Shown: positions 19,701-28,011, counted from the stretch's first letter. The stretch: DNA of 36,430 nucleotides from Thermofilaceae archaeon (GCA_038727095.1 JAVYWK010000019.1:1-36430), one strand, 5' to 3'. Notes: a model not told the origin generated them from the sequence alone. Made by a program: numbers and translations.

Positions 19701-19866
19701 GAGGGGACGCGAGGTAGCACTGAGGCTCCCCTACCACTTTGACGTTTACGAGACCAATCTTCTCGAGGAGGACCCCAAGCCGGTAGGCAAGGGTACCAGC
19801 GTAAGACTGAGCTTCAAACCATTCGAGATCAAAACCCTGCTTCTCGAGAAACCCCAGCAACGCTAA
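16756..19866 (+). CDS. GH38 alpha-mannosidase (class 2C-like, cytoplasmic)
   Basis: GHAHIDTAWLWP, GGMWVESD, WLPDTFG, GDGGGGPT, HRGVYTT, QFHDVLPG; C-terminal FKPFEIKT. Confidence 0.95.
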   Translation: MAVKLTPQEVDRRFFDLLASTIIDSRFVDEWVRNGQRVKLPFLTEARPDDVQVFENRFNLPKHEGARWLLRLDISGNGLLLVDGEPYQGVDEQHKIAVLEPGNRAVRLEATPRRLFGESPHFFAFAGSTLAAVLWEGFHLSLALLDAMSLARRNPELMQHLAKAAAEIEITPSVLQLYTLQRLLYGHILPEGSPEYRGLRWDLAYVANVYGPSVARIKLPDTPRPSIKEVLETIERVKAALPRGQPVGKVYLFGHAHIDTAWLWPFSETRRKVVRTFSTVAGLAKLGYRFTYVQSGAQNYKWLEEQEPKLFEEVKRLVKEGLWLPIGGMWVESDTQLVTGESLARQFLYGQRYFMEKFGMKSRIGWLPDTFGFTAQLPQLMRKAGIEVFVTHKVMWNDTNEFPYHAFIWEGLDGSEVVAHIIVATYNGALTSSELAGLWERYKQKGVAPAVHAYGFGDGGGGPTFFMLERLKHLRNLPGLPEPVEAPSEADYVSELLKVKDKLPRWRGEIYNEFHRGVYTTNARMKELMAKAESEARWAELAATAAHLLGLSAYPAREIKEAWERILRCQFHDVLPGSANYEAYVEAYRDMEDAITLLGAITARSLEAVAGVVNAPKGSVVVFNPLPWPVKLPVELPGAGYTYPDGSVVEAQDVDGKLLALVEVPAMGYVALLPRGRAAVERGASARVEGDTVVLENELLRLVVGRDGSILSLYDKQLGTELLAAPSNLLRAHPDKPGNFDAWDVDRSTIESPGHAPLVSQEPRIVMSGPVAAAVEYELRFRNSTVRQRVTLYKGLRFIEFRTTINWQEKSYLLKAWFEFSVKSEVAHFEVPFGVVERRTIPKDRWDEAKYEVPALRWMDLSDGERGVAIIAPTRHGYSVKGSRVGLSLLKSPIHPNPWSDLGRHEIVYYLYPHAGDYKAGRVYERAYEVWAGLKLVEKKAEGGSLPASASALEVGPGIIVEAVKLNEAGNGIVVRLYEVEGRGREVALRLPYHFDVYETNLLEEDPKPVGKGTSVRLSFKPFEIKTLLLEKPQQR

Positions 19867-20242
19867 AGCGCGAAGATTGTGAGGAGAGCTCTCGCGTAGC
19901 CTCGTAGACCGGCGCAACGCCCCGGTCGTTGGCAGGAGGCTTGCCGAACCGGGAGCCCCATAAATCCCATAAAACCACGAATCTCTGCCATCCATTATTG
20001 CGAGGGCTCAGGTTGCTAACCTGCAAGGGTCCTGAAAACTTGCGGCGAACCTCCCTGCATCGCTCGGGAACTCTCTACAGTAAAGAGGCTTTACGTCTCC
20101 TGACGGCGCGTAGTAAAGCTCTGCTAAACGCATAGCCCGAGGGGTCGACCAGCTTCAGCTTGGCCACAGCGTACTCGTGCACGAAGTCATTAGCGTGATT
20201 CCAGCGGCTTCTGATGAGTGCGCATTAAGGAAGCTGGGTTCT

Positions 20243-21358
20243 TCACGCTCGTTTTCGCTCGCGGCACATGTAGGCTATAAGGCTTGAAGCCGCGGAGAGA
20301 GCCGCGAAGATCGTGAGGAGAGCGTTGTAGCCCAGCTTATCCATCACTAGGCTCGCGATCGTGGGCGCTGCGATGTTGGCGAGCGAGAAGACCATGTTGT
20401 AGGCGCCGTACGCGGTACCGAGGGATTGCGAGAGCTCAGCCACGAGGGCGCTGCTCGACACGCTGAAGGACCCCCATACGAGGCTGTAGAAGCCCATTAG
20501 CGCGAAAGCGTGGAACGCGTTTGAAGCGAAGCAGTTGAAAGCCAGGTAGAGGGCAGCGAGCAGTAGGCTGAGGGAGAAGACGACCCACCGGCTCACCCTC
20601 CTCGCCAGCCGCCCGAACGCTATAATCGATGGGACCTCCAGCCAGCTCGTGAAGCTCAACGTGAGCATCGCTGTTGCCGCCCCCAGCCCTAGCTTGTAAG
20701 CGTAGTGAGGAGGGATGTACAAGTTCTTGATCACATCAACGCATATGAAAACGAACACGAGCAGAAGGAGGGCTAGAAGCTTGACGTTGAATGCGAGCCT
20801 CCCTCCCCTCTCCCGCCTCCCAGCTCGATCCCTCGCGCACTTGATTGCGGCCACGGTGAAGAAAGCCGTTACGGCGGACGAAATTAGAAAGACGGATTGT
20901 ATGCCGAAGCGGTCGAAGACCTGCCCCGATACAGCCGTGCCCAAAGCCCACCCGAGTGAGCCCCCTGCCCAGAAGCTGCCCATAGCTCCGCTCACGTCGC
21001 TCTCCCCGCCGGCCGAAGCCATCACCAGCGTGAAAGTAGCTGAGCCCAGTAATACGGATACAAGGTAGAGCACAATTTGGCTGTAAAGGCTCTGGGGGAT
21101 CGCGAGCAGGAGGAAAACGAGGGACTGCCCCACTCCACCGGCAAGCACGTAAGCGCGGAGCCTACCCGTTCTGTCCGACAAGTACCCCCAGAAGAGGGAG
21201 GATAGCGCACCGATCGCAGCGGCCGCGGTAAGGATCAACCCCCTCTCTACGAGGCCCACCCCCGACGCCTCCAAGTACAGCGGGAGCAAGGGGTAGAGGG
21301 ATCCTGAGACGAACATGTACAGAGCGTTCACCGCGAAGAGAAGCCAAAGCTGCTTCAC
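20243..21358 (-). CDS. MFS transporter
   Basis: 371 aa, about 12 TM helices, motif A WGYLSDRTGR. TATA TTTTTAA about 22 nt upstream. Confidence 0.88.
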   Translation of the reverse strand: MKQLWLLFAVNALYMFVSGSLYPLLPLYLEASGVGLVERGLILTAAAAIGALSSLFWGYLSDRTGRLRAYVLAGGVGQSLVFLLLAIPQSLYSQIVLYLVSVLLGSATFTLVMASAGGESDVSGAMGSFWAGGSLGWALGTAVSGQVFDRFGIQSVFLISSAVTAFFTVAAIKCARDRAGRRERGGRLAFNVKLLALLLLVFVFICVDVIKNLYIPPHYAYKLGLGAATAMLTLSFTSWLEVPSIIAFGRLARRVSRWVVFSLSLLLAALYLAFNCFASNAFHAFALMGFYSLVWGSFSVSSSALVAELSQSLGTAYGAYNMVFSLANIAAPTIASLVMDKLGYNALLTIFAALSAASSLIAYMCRERKRA

Positions 21359-21455
21359 GAATGCCCGTTTCCGAACCCATTAAAAACAGAATCGCTGAAC
21401 GAGCGATCGGTGCTACAAAAGAGAGTAGCGAGCTGCCGGTGTACCCGTGCGCCAT

Positions 21456-22796
21456 TCACCTTCTCTTGTAGAGTAGGCAGCCCAGCACCATCACGAGCAG
21501 CGTGCTGAGCCAGACGATCCAGTCGTTGAAGCTGACGGCCAGGAAGGCGATTATCAGAACATTCGCGATCGCTGGGAGCAGCGGTACTCTGCCGATCGAT
21601 AAGGGGACCCTGAAGGGCCTGGCCGCGTCGGGCTTCCGCACGCGGAGCGCGATCAGGGACGCGTTCACCAGGAGGAAGGCCATTAGGACTGCCAGACTCG
21701 AAGTTTTACCGACGAGATCTATCAGCTGGTACTCGAAGCCCCCGATTTTCAGCTTCCAGCCCGCAGCTTCCGGCAAGTACTCGGTGATCAGGATCACGAA
21801 AGCCGCGATGAGGCCGGAGAGAGCCACGCTAACGTGCGGGGTTCTCCGCCGTTTATCCACTAGGCCGAGCCTAGGCGAGGCCACATCCTCTCTAGCTAAA
21901 CCGTACGCTAACCGGGATGCTGATACGAGGAAACCGAGCGACGTGTTCGTCGTGGCGAAGAGCGCGATCACCATCAGCAAGCTTCCGGCTTCGCTCCAGA
22001 CCCTGGATACAGCGACGGCTAGGGGGGCCTTGCTCACCCCCAGCTCCTCCCAACTCATCAAACGGACGGCCGCTAAGCTAACGGCCAGATACAGCATCGT
22101 TGTGACGGCTGTGGCGAGGACTATCGCTTTCGGCATTACTCTTTCAGCCTCTCTCGTCTCCTCGCTCAGCGTCGGTTGGAACTCGAAGCCGGTGTAGGCG
22201 AAGTAGAAGATCGCTGCGCCCACCATCACGGCGACGAGAGGGTCAACGCTCGGGTTGAAGGAGAAGTAGCTGGGTTGCCGTAGCGGCTTAAGGAAGCCGA
22301 AGGCTATAACGATCAGCAACCCAGTCGCTTCAACGAGTGTGAATATCGAGGAGAGCGCCGCCGACTCCTTAATCCCCCACCAGTTCAGTAGCGTGAGAAG
22401 GGCCAGTAGAGCCAGCGAGGCGGGCACGAGGAGGCCGATCTGTCCGCTCAGCGCTACAAAGTAGCTGGCGAAACCCAGCGAGGCTGTTGCAGCGCCCGAA
22501 ACAGCGCCGAAGAAGAGGAGCCATCCAGCTAGAAAGGCAAGTAGACGGTTAGCTGGGAAGGCCTCAGCGACGTACCTGAAGGTGCTCGAGGCGAAGGGGA
22601 ACATGCTGGACAGCTCAGCGTAAGAGAGGGCCGTAAAGACGGCGATGAGACCCGAGAAAGCCACGCTCATCCAGACAGCGTCCCCTACGAGGCCCGCCGC
22701 TCGACCCACTAGGACGTATATCCCGGCGCCGAGGATCAAGCCGATGCCGAACAGTGTCGCGTACCACAACCCGAGCTCCCGCTTGAGCTCTCCCAC
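21456..22796 (-). CDS. APC family amino acid permease
   Basis: LKRELGL, GLILGAGIY, SYAELSSMFP, FAYTGFE, SEET..ERVMPKAI, SRLAYGLAR, RPFRVP. GTG 22796 fits the TATA better than the track start at 22838. Confidence 0.92.
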   Translation of the reverse strand: MGELKRELGLWYATLFGIGLILGAGIYVLVGRAAGLVGDAVWMSVAFSGLIAVFTALSYAELSSMFPFASSTFRYVAEAFPANRLLAFLAGWLLFFGAVSGAATASLGFASYFVALSGQIGLLVPASLALLALLTLLNWWGIKESAALSSIFTLVEATGLLIVIAFGFLKPLRQPSYFSFNPSVDPLVAVMVGAAIFYFAYTGFEFQPTLSEETREAERVMPKAIVLATAVTTMLYLAVSLAAVRLMSWEELGVSKAPLAVAVSRVWSEAGSLLMVIALFATTNTSLGFLVSASRLAYGLAREDVASPRLGLVDKRRRTPHVSVALSGLIAAFVILITEYLPEAAGWKLKIGGFEYQLIDLVGKTSSLAVLMAFLLVNASLIALRVRKPDAARPFRVPLSIGRVPLLPAIANVLIIAFLAVSFNDWIVWLSTLLVMVLGCLLYKRR

Positions 22797-22977
22797 GCGC
22801 CACGCGCTACACGCCGAGATAAAGAAGTGTCGCAGCAACGAATGCTATGCAGCCGTGTAGCGGCCATAACTTCTGATTACCGGTAACGAGGATGGGGTTA
22901 AAGCTTCTCTATTCTCAGCGCCGTCTCCATCGATCGCTTAAGCACGAGTTACCGATTGAGAACAACCATCCGCTTTA

Positions 22978-23082
22978 TGGTGGGGCCGCCGGGACTTGAA
23001 CCCGGGATCACCAGCGCTCTGTCGCTCTCTACCTCGGGGTACGCCCCCAGGCTGGCATCCTACCAAGCTAGACTACGGCCCC
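22978..23082 (-). tRNA. tRNA-Pro(GGG) with 28-nt intron at 37/38 (intron 23017-23044), encoded CCA
   Basis: Acceptor GGGGCCG/CGGCCCC+ACCA, anticodon stem CCAGC/GCTGG, loop CU-GGG-GC after splicing, T loop TTCAAGT. Relaxed BHB (CUGG/ACAG with one G-A mismatch; CGU/GCG). Mature length 77 nt. Confidence 0.93.
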
Positions 23083-23945
23083 TAAGGGTGTGCCTCGCTA
23101 GGGGGGTTATAAACTATATCCGTACCATCACGGGGTTTTACCCGCAACTTTAACGCCCGTCTCAGGTAGACGCTGTAGAAGTCGAGCTCCGCTAAAGCCT
23201 CCACGTACGTCCTCCTCTCCCACACTCTTCTATACTCGTCACTCAACGCGTAGAGGAGCTTACCCTCTCTGAGCACTCGGAGCTTGAGGAGAGGGTCCGC
23301 CCGATCCAGCGCCACTACGTCCACCTTCTCTGGTGGCTCGAGGAGGGCCTTAGCGATTTCAAGGGAAAGCTCGATCTCGTCGGTTAGTGTTACCTCTCTA
23401 CCGAAGAGTACGGCGATATCGTAGTCGCTATCCACCCTGGCTGCCCCCCGGGCCCTACTGCCGAAGAGGTAGGCGATCAGCACACCGTGTTTTCTAAAAA
23501 CCTGCTGCAACCGGTCTGCTTCCCTGCTTTCAACGCTACTGTGTGGGTCTAAGCCTCTGTCTTCGCTCAATCTGAGGAGGACTTCGATACTCCTGACGAC
23601 CGCAGGCAGCAAACCTTCGATTAGTGCGCCTAAATCCTCAAGCGAGATCCTCCTATAAGCGTGCGCCAGCGAGTTCCTGGCTTTCGCCACCGTAGCGATT
23701 GTTTCCTTAAGCTCAGAGCCAGCAAGCCCTGCCTCGACGAGTACTCCGCCGAGCTCCGAGTAGCTCGCAGGCTTCCTTAATCCAAGATCAGAGACCAGCA
23801 TAGCTAAGGCGTCGAGGAAGTTTTGGAGAGCAGCGTACAGCTCCCATTTAAGCGCCGAAAGCTCGACTTTGCTCTTAGGGGGATATAGCTCTCGTGCTTT
23901 CTCAACGCACCTCAGGGCTTCGGCGAGCACGGCTTTGATCTCCAT
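23082..23945 (-). CDS. HEPN (DUF86/HepT-like) RNase - minimal nucleotidyltransferase (MntA-like) fusion
   Basis: One uninterrupted 287-aa ORF: N-half RNSLAHAY (RX4HXY), C-half YLFGSRARGAARVDSDYD (GSX10DXD) and KVDVV. Confidence 0.88.
   Translation of the reverse strand: MEIKAVLAEALRCVEKARELYPPKSKVELSALKWELYAALQNFLDALAMLVSDLGLRKPASYSELGGVLVEAGLAGSELKETIATVAKARNSLAHAYRRISLEDLGALIEGLLPAVVRSIEVLLRLSEDRGLDPHSSVESREADRLQQVFRKHGVLIAYLFGSRARGAARVDSDYDIAVLFGREVTLTDEIELSLEIAKALLEPPEKVDVVALDRADPLLKLRVLREGKLLYALSDEYRRVWERRTYVEALAELDFYSVYLRRALKLRVKPRDGTDIVYNPPSEAHP
23107..23113 (-). promoter_or_regulatory. TATA box of tRNA-Pro, inside the 3' end of the HEPN-MNT ORF
   Basis: Minus strand TTTATAA about 25 nt upstream of tRNA G1. 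Confidence 0.7.
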
Positions 23946-23950
23946 CGCCG

Positions 23951-24595
23951 CTAAGGTTGATCCGTCTCTAATAAAGGTAGCAAGTCGAGGAGGCTCTTGA
24001 GTCCGCGAACCCCGCTCCGGTCTACTACGTACGCGCAGATCCCGAGTGACCGTGGCACTCTACAGTCGGCCTCATCGTCATCGCCGACGTGGAGTAGCTC
24101 GCCCGGCTCGATCTTCAACTCGTCGAGCACCTTAAGGTAGAACTCGGGGGGTTTGCCCGGAAGCGCGTAGTCGGAGACGCTGGAGAACACGCGGGAGACG
24201 TGCTCCCGCAGCTCGGGGACTCGCTCGAAGACGACGTTGACGAACTCTCGGGAAGCGCTGGTGCAGACGACGATCCTGAACCTCCCGCTCGCCCACCTCA
24301 GCAGTTCGAGCGCGTCGCTGTAAGGTTTGACGAGTTGGGCTGCCTCTTGCAGTGCGTGGAGGAGCAGGTTGCCGTCAAGCCGGAACCTCTCGAACCAGTA
24401 CCTAGGCTTGTACCAGCGGAGATCCTTGGGGCCTACCTCGTCGTACTGCTCCAGCACTCTCCTCTTCGCCTCGCTGAGCGGTAACCCCCACCTCTCCGCG
24501 TACAACCTCGGCACGAGCTCCAGCCAGAAGTAGTCCACGTAATCCCTCGATACCAGCGTACCGTCTAGGTCAAGCGATACGACCTTAACCCTCAT
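23951..24595 (-). CDS. HAD hydrolase, YrfG-like (GMP/IMP nucleotidase-type cap)
   Basis: DLDGTL, CTSA, GKP, LHVGD..EAD; cap region DYFW..LVP..Y....WY...YW resembles E. coli YrfG. Start MRVKVVSLDLDG at 24595. Confidence 0.8.
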   Translation of the reverse strand: MRVKVVSLDLDGTLVSRDYVDYFWLELVPRLYAERWGLPLSEAKRRVLEQYDEVGPKDLRWYKPRYWFERFRLDGNLLLHALQEAAQLVKPYSDALELLRWASGRFRIVVCTSASREFVNVVFERVPELREHVSRVFSSVSDYALPGKPPEFYLKVLDELKIEPGELLHVGDDDEADCRVPRSLGICAYVVDRSGVRGLKSLLDLLPLLETDQP

Positions 24596-24612
24596 CCCAT
24601 CTCCACGGAGCG

Positions 24613-26265
24613 GTGGCGTTAAAAGAGCAGCGTTTGGGGGTTCAAGGATCAGGTGTGACATCTACGAGCACGGTCGATCGCCTCGAGAGGGTGGGGATCG
24701 AGCAGGTGGGGAAGCCGGCGCCGGGTTGGTTCAAGCCCACGCTCGACCCTAGCCTCTACAAGCCAATAAAACCCAACCGCGCGCTCGAGGTATGGTCTGG
24801 CGTTGAGGGCGACCTTTACGCTGCTAGAGTCCCCGACTGGCTTCCACCACCTCAGGCTAACTACGCCGTGTCAAGGGGGTTGATGGAAGAGCTGCTAACT
24901 GGGCTGAAGAAGCACCGCAGGGTGCTCGTGGTCCCCGACGCTGAAGTATCCTCCGGCGTATTCCTCTTGAACGAGCGCTTGAGGAGGATTGCTCAGGAGG
25001 CAGGGGTTAGCGAGCACGCTGACTTCCAGCCTCTCTCAACGCCGCCGGCCACCATCGCTGGAATCGTGGATGCGCTGCTGGAGGCGGGAACAGAGGAGAT
25101 TCACATCCTCATAGATTCCCCCTGGCTTGACCCGCTCAGGGTTGCGTGGGAGGCCGGGTACGTTGAGGCTCTGTCGAGGCCCGAGTACGCGGGTCGGGTG
25201 TTCTTCGTGGACCCCTACGCCGGCAAACCTGAGCTGGAGCACCTTCCGATCAAGTGGGCGGAGGGCTTCGACACGGGCTTCTACAACCACGTGACCGTGC
25301 CCAAGGCGCTGCTCAAGGAGAGGTACGATGTGATCATAGTCGCAGCACCAGCGAAAACGCACGCGGTGAACCTCTACTCCCTCCTCATGCGGCTTTTCGG
25401 CCGCTTGTGGAGGGCTCCGAAGCTGAGGTGGCACCTCCTTGGTTTCCCACTGAGGCTCTTCGATAGCGACTACCTTTCGAAAGCCTTCGGCATCGAGGTT
25501 CCCGAGGGGAGGGGGTTCGAAGTGATACAGGTTGGCGAGCGGGCGATTATCTCCAACGGCTTCTCCTCTTCCGCTCCGCTCCCCGTCTGCGTTGAGGGTG
25601 GCGAAATGCAAGCCGTCTGCGACCCCTACGCTGGGCCCAGCAACCTGCTCCCCCTCCAGTTGAGCATGGGGTACTCGACGATCAGGTACCTGAGCTCCTA
25701 CGCGACGGTGGTCGATGAGTTGGTTCAGAGCGGTACGAGACTGGTCGGCTTGGTCTCCGCGATCGTAGGGATGGAGGGTGAAGGCCCACTCATATACGGG
25801 GAGAGGAGGTTCGAGTACTTCGCCGTAGCCGGCGAGAGCCCGCTGGCCACAGAGGCTCTAGCGCTCGACGCGATGTTCGGGTACGGAGGGAGGGGGTTCG
25901 AGGGGGCCGTGCTCCGCTTGAACAGGAGGTTCTGCGAGGAGTACATCTTAAGCGAGGAGCTTGAGGAGGAGATCGTCTTCGAAGCGGCGGACCCCTGGAC
26001 GCTGAAGCTGGCCGAGGAGCTTGTGAGGGAGGAGAGGGACCCGAGCCGCTACACGCTCACCCTACTCGACTTCTCTGGGAACGGAGAGGTGAATTCACCG
26101 TGGACCCTTCGGCGTGGCCCGCCCTTCAAGTTACCGAAGCTAGCGTACATCCCCCCGAAAACCTTAATGAAAGCCGTGGTGAGCGAAGCGAGGTTCTACA
26201 AGCGCGCACTCTACCCGGTGGAGAAAGGGATCACGGTTCCGCTGCCCGAGCTCATCGGTGCCTAG
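24613..26265 (+). CDS. Divergent DUF362-like protein
   Basis: YDVIIVAAPAKTH and SAIVGMEGEGP..G....AGESPLATEA resemble DUF362 motifs; start uncertain (GTG 24655 possible). Confidence 0.55.
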   Translation: MALKEQRLGVQGSGVTSTSTVDRLERVGIEQVGKPAPGWFKPTLDPSLYKPIKPNRALEVWSGVEGDLYAARVPDWLPPPQANYAVSRGLMEELLTGLKKHRRVLVVPDAEVSSGVFLLNERLRRIAQEAGVSEHADFQPLSTPPATIAGIVDALLEAGTEEIHILIDSPWLDPLRVAWEAGYVEALSRPEYAGRVFFVDPYAGKPELEHLPIKWAEGFDTGFYNHVTVPKALLKERYDVIIVAAPAKTHAVNLYSLLMRLFGRLWRAPKLRWHLLGFPLRLFDSDYLSKAFGIEVPEGRGFEVIQVGERAIISNGFSSSAPLPVCVEGGEMQAVCDPYAGPSNLLPLQLSMGYSTIRYLSSYATVVDELVQSGTRLVGLVSAIVGMEGEGPLIYGERRFEYFAVAGESPLATEALALDAMFGYGGRGFEGAVLRLNRRFCEEYILSEELEEEIVFEAADPWTLKLAEELVREERDPSRYTLTLLDFSGNGEVNSPWTLRRGPPFKLPKLAYIPPKTLMKAVVSEARFYKRALYPVEKGITVPLPELIGA

Positions 26266-26545
26266 CTTCACCGCGTCCGTAGTAGCTTCGCGGCCTCCTA
26301 CTAACGGCTGCAGAGATCGCGGAGATCTCCCGGCGTTAATTCCACCCCTTCCAGTTGCCCTCAGAGTTAAACTTCATCATTTTTGTTTTAATAATATTTT
26401 ACGCTTTAAAGCTTCCCATTATCCTCATCATCCATAGGCGACGCTTTTGACGAGAAGGCTCGGCGCGCGTTACCGTAGTGCGCTCTAGCGCCTACTTCAC
26501 GAGTTACTGCTAGCGAAGCAGCGGATGGTGTAGCTACTCCGGGGT

Positions 26546-27574
26546 TCACCGACGCTTGGCGAAACTCGCGTCTTCCAGCTGGGACCAGTAGAGGAGCAGC
26601 ACCAACTCTTCCGGGTCGTATGGAGTTCCATCGGGGTAGAGCAGGTCGTGCTGCCAGATGCGGGGTGGAGCGTAGCAGGGGTTCTCGGGAGTGCAGCTCC
26701 AGTCGTAGTAGGTCTGTGTCTTTCCGGCTACGAGGCCCCAGAAGAACCACCCCACCCTATGCTTCGCGAGGATCGGGAGGATGGATGCAAAGGTGTTGCC
26801 CACCTGCCGGCGCAGGAACTCAGTGCAGAGGATCGGCCTACCGTACTTGAGAGCTTCAGCCAGCTTCCGCTCGAAGGTTTGAGGAGGATCGTAAGAGTGA
26901 AAGCTGATGACGTCCGAGAGTTCCGCGAACCTCCTGTGCATCTCGTCGCTAAAGTTCGCCCATAGCCCAACGGTTAAGGGCTGGCCGGTATCCGCCTCCC
27001 GGGCCCAGCTGAAGGAAGCCTCCACCAGGGGTAGGCTGCGCTCACCCATGCCCGTGTTGCCGGGCTCGTTGTAGATATCCCACGCGAGCACTCGATCATC
27101 GTCGGAGAAGCTCCCGATAACGTCTTTCACGTACTCCCTCAGTTTGGGCCAGAAGCTCCTATCGAGCACGCGGGAGCGGCCTGGGCTTGCAGCCCAACGG
27201 CTGTTGTGAACGCCGGCGATCGGCGGCTCTTGCGGGCCTGCTCGAGGCTCCTGGTTCCAGCAATCATCGAACAGGACGAAGAGAACCCTTATCCCATGGT
27301 CCTCCGCGATTTCGAGGAATCGCTCCACCCTCCTTTTAAAGCCCTCCCGGTCCACTTCCCACGCGAGGTAGTGGAGGAATACCCTTAAGCTGTTCAGGCG
27401 TAGCGCTTCCGCCCAACCGAGTTCCTCATCGATCGTTCTTTCATCGAAGGTTTCAGCCTGCCACATCTCCAGCTGGTTAACAGCTGTTCTGGGTATGTAG
27501 TTGCAACCCCTCACCGGAGCAACAGACTCGTACCACGCCCAAGCTTTTTCCACGCTCCACTTCTCCGAGTTCAT
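26546..27574 (-). CDS. GH5/GH-A clan glycoside hydrolase (often annotated 1,4-beta-xylanase), cytoplasmic
   Basis: WSVEKAWAWY, NQLEMWQ, RVFLH, LFDDCW, WDIYNEP (acid/base), DVISFHSY, CTE (nucleophile), WGLVAGKTQT. Confidence 0.85.
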   Translation of the reverse strand: MNSEKWSVEKAWAWYESVAPVRGCNYIPRTAVNQLEMWQAETFDERTIDEELGWAEALRLNSLRVFLHYLAWEVDREGFKRRVERFLEIAEDHGIRVLFVLFDDCWNQEPRAGPQEPPIAGVHNSRWAASPGRSRVLDRSFWPKLREYVKDVIGSFSDDDRVLAWDIYNEPGNTGMGERSLPLVEASFSWAREADTGQPLTVGLWANFSDEMHRRFAELSDVISFHSYDPPQTFERKLAEALKYGRPILCTEFLRRQVGNTFASILPILAKHRVGWFFWGLVAGKTQTYYDWSCTPENPCYAPPRIWQHDLLYPDGTPYDPEELVLLLYWSQLEDASFAKRR

Positions 27575-28011
27575 GAGATTAGGACAAGAAGCCTGTTAAA
27601 AGAGGTTCCGCTAAAACACTCCTCACCGCTGGGTACCTCCGACTCTAATCCACGTAAGCACCCCTAAAGCCCTCAACGACCGGCTACTAGCGTGGATTAA
27701 CGCTAGTGAAGCTACTCGATTGCGGGGATGGCTATAACGGCTACCCTACTAGGACGGAAAACTCGCTCGAGAGGCTGAAGGGGAGCGCTTCTGGGAATGA
27801 GCTCCTCCAACGTTTACCGGAGAGATGCTGCGTGAGAGAGCATGAAGAGGGGCTAAACGAGCTTTCTTAAAGCAAAGATGCAGGAGGTCGGGTTAAGAGG
27901 TGGGACGGCTGGCTCGGTGGAAAACTGTCAGTAGAATATGCGGCACGGTAGCGCAGCTGCTGAGTGATTGATGAACGAAAATAGTTTATCACCGTCCGCT
28001 AAAGGGGTGCT

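Noticed and set aside
20200-20240. CTGATGAG resembling a hammerhead or box C core
   Set aside because: No GAAA or stem II/III for a hammerhead and no downstream box D.
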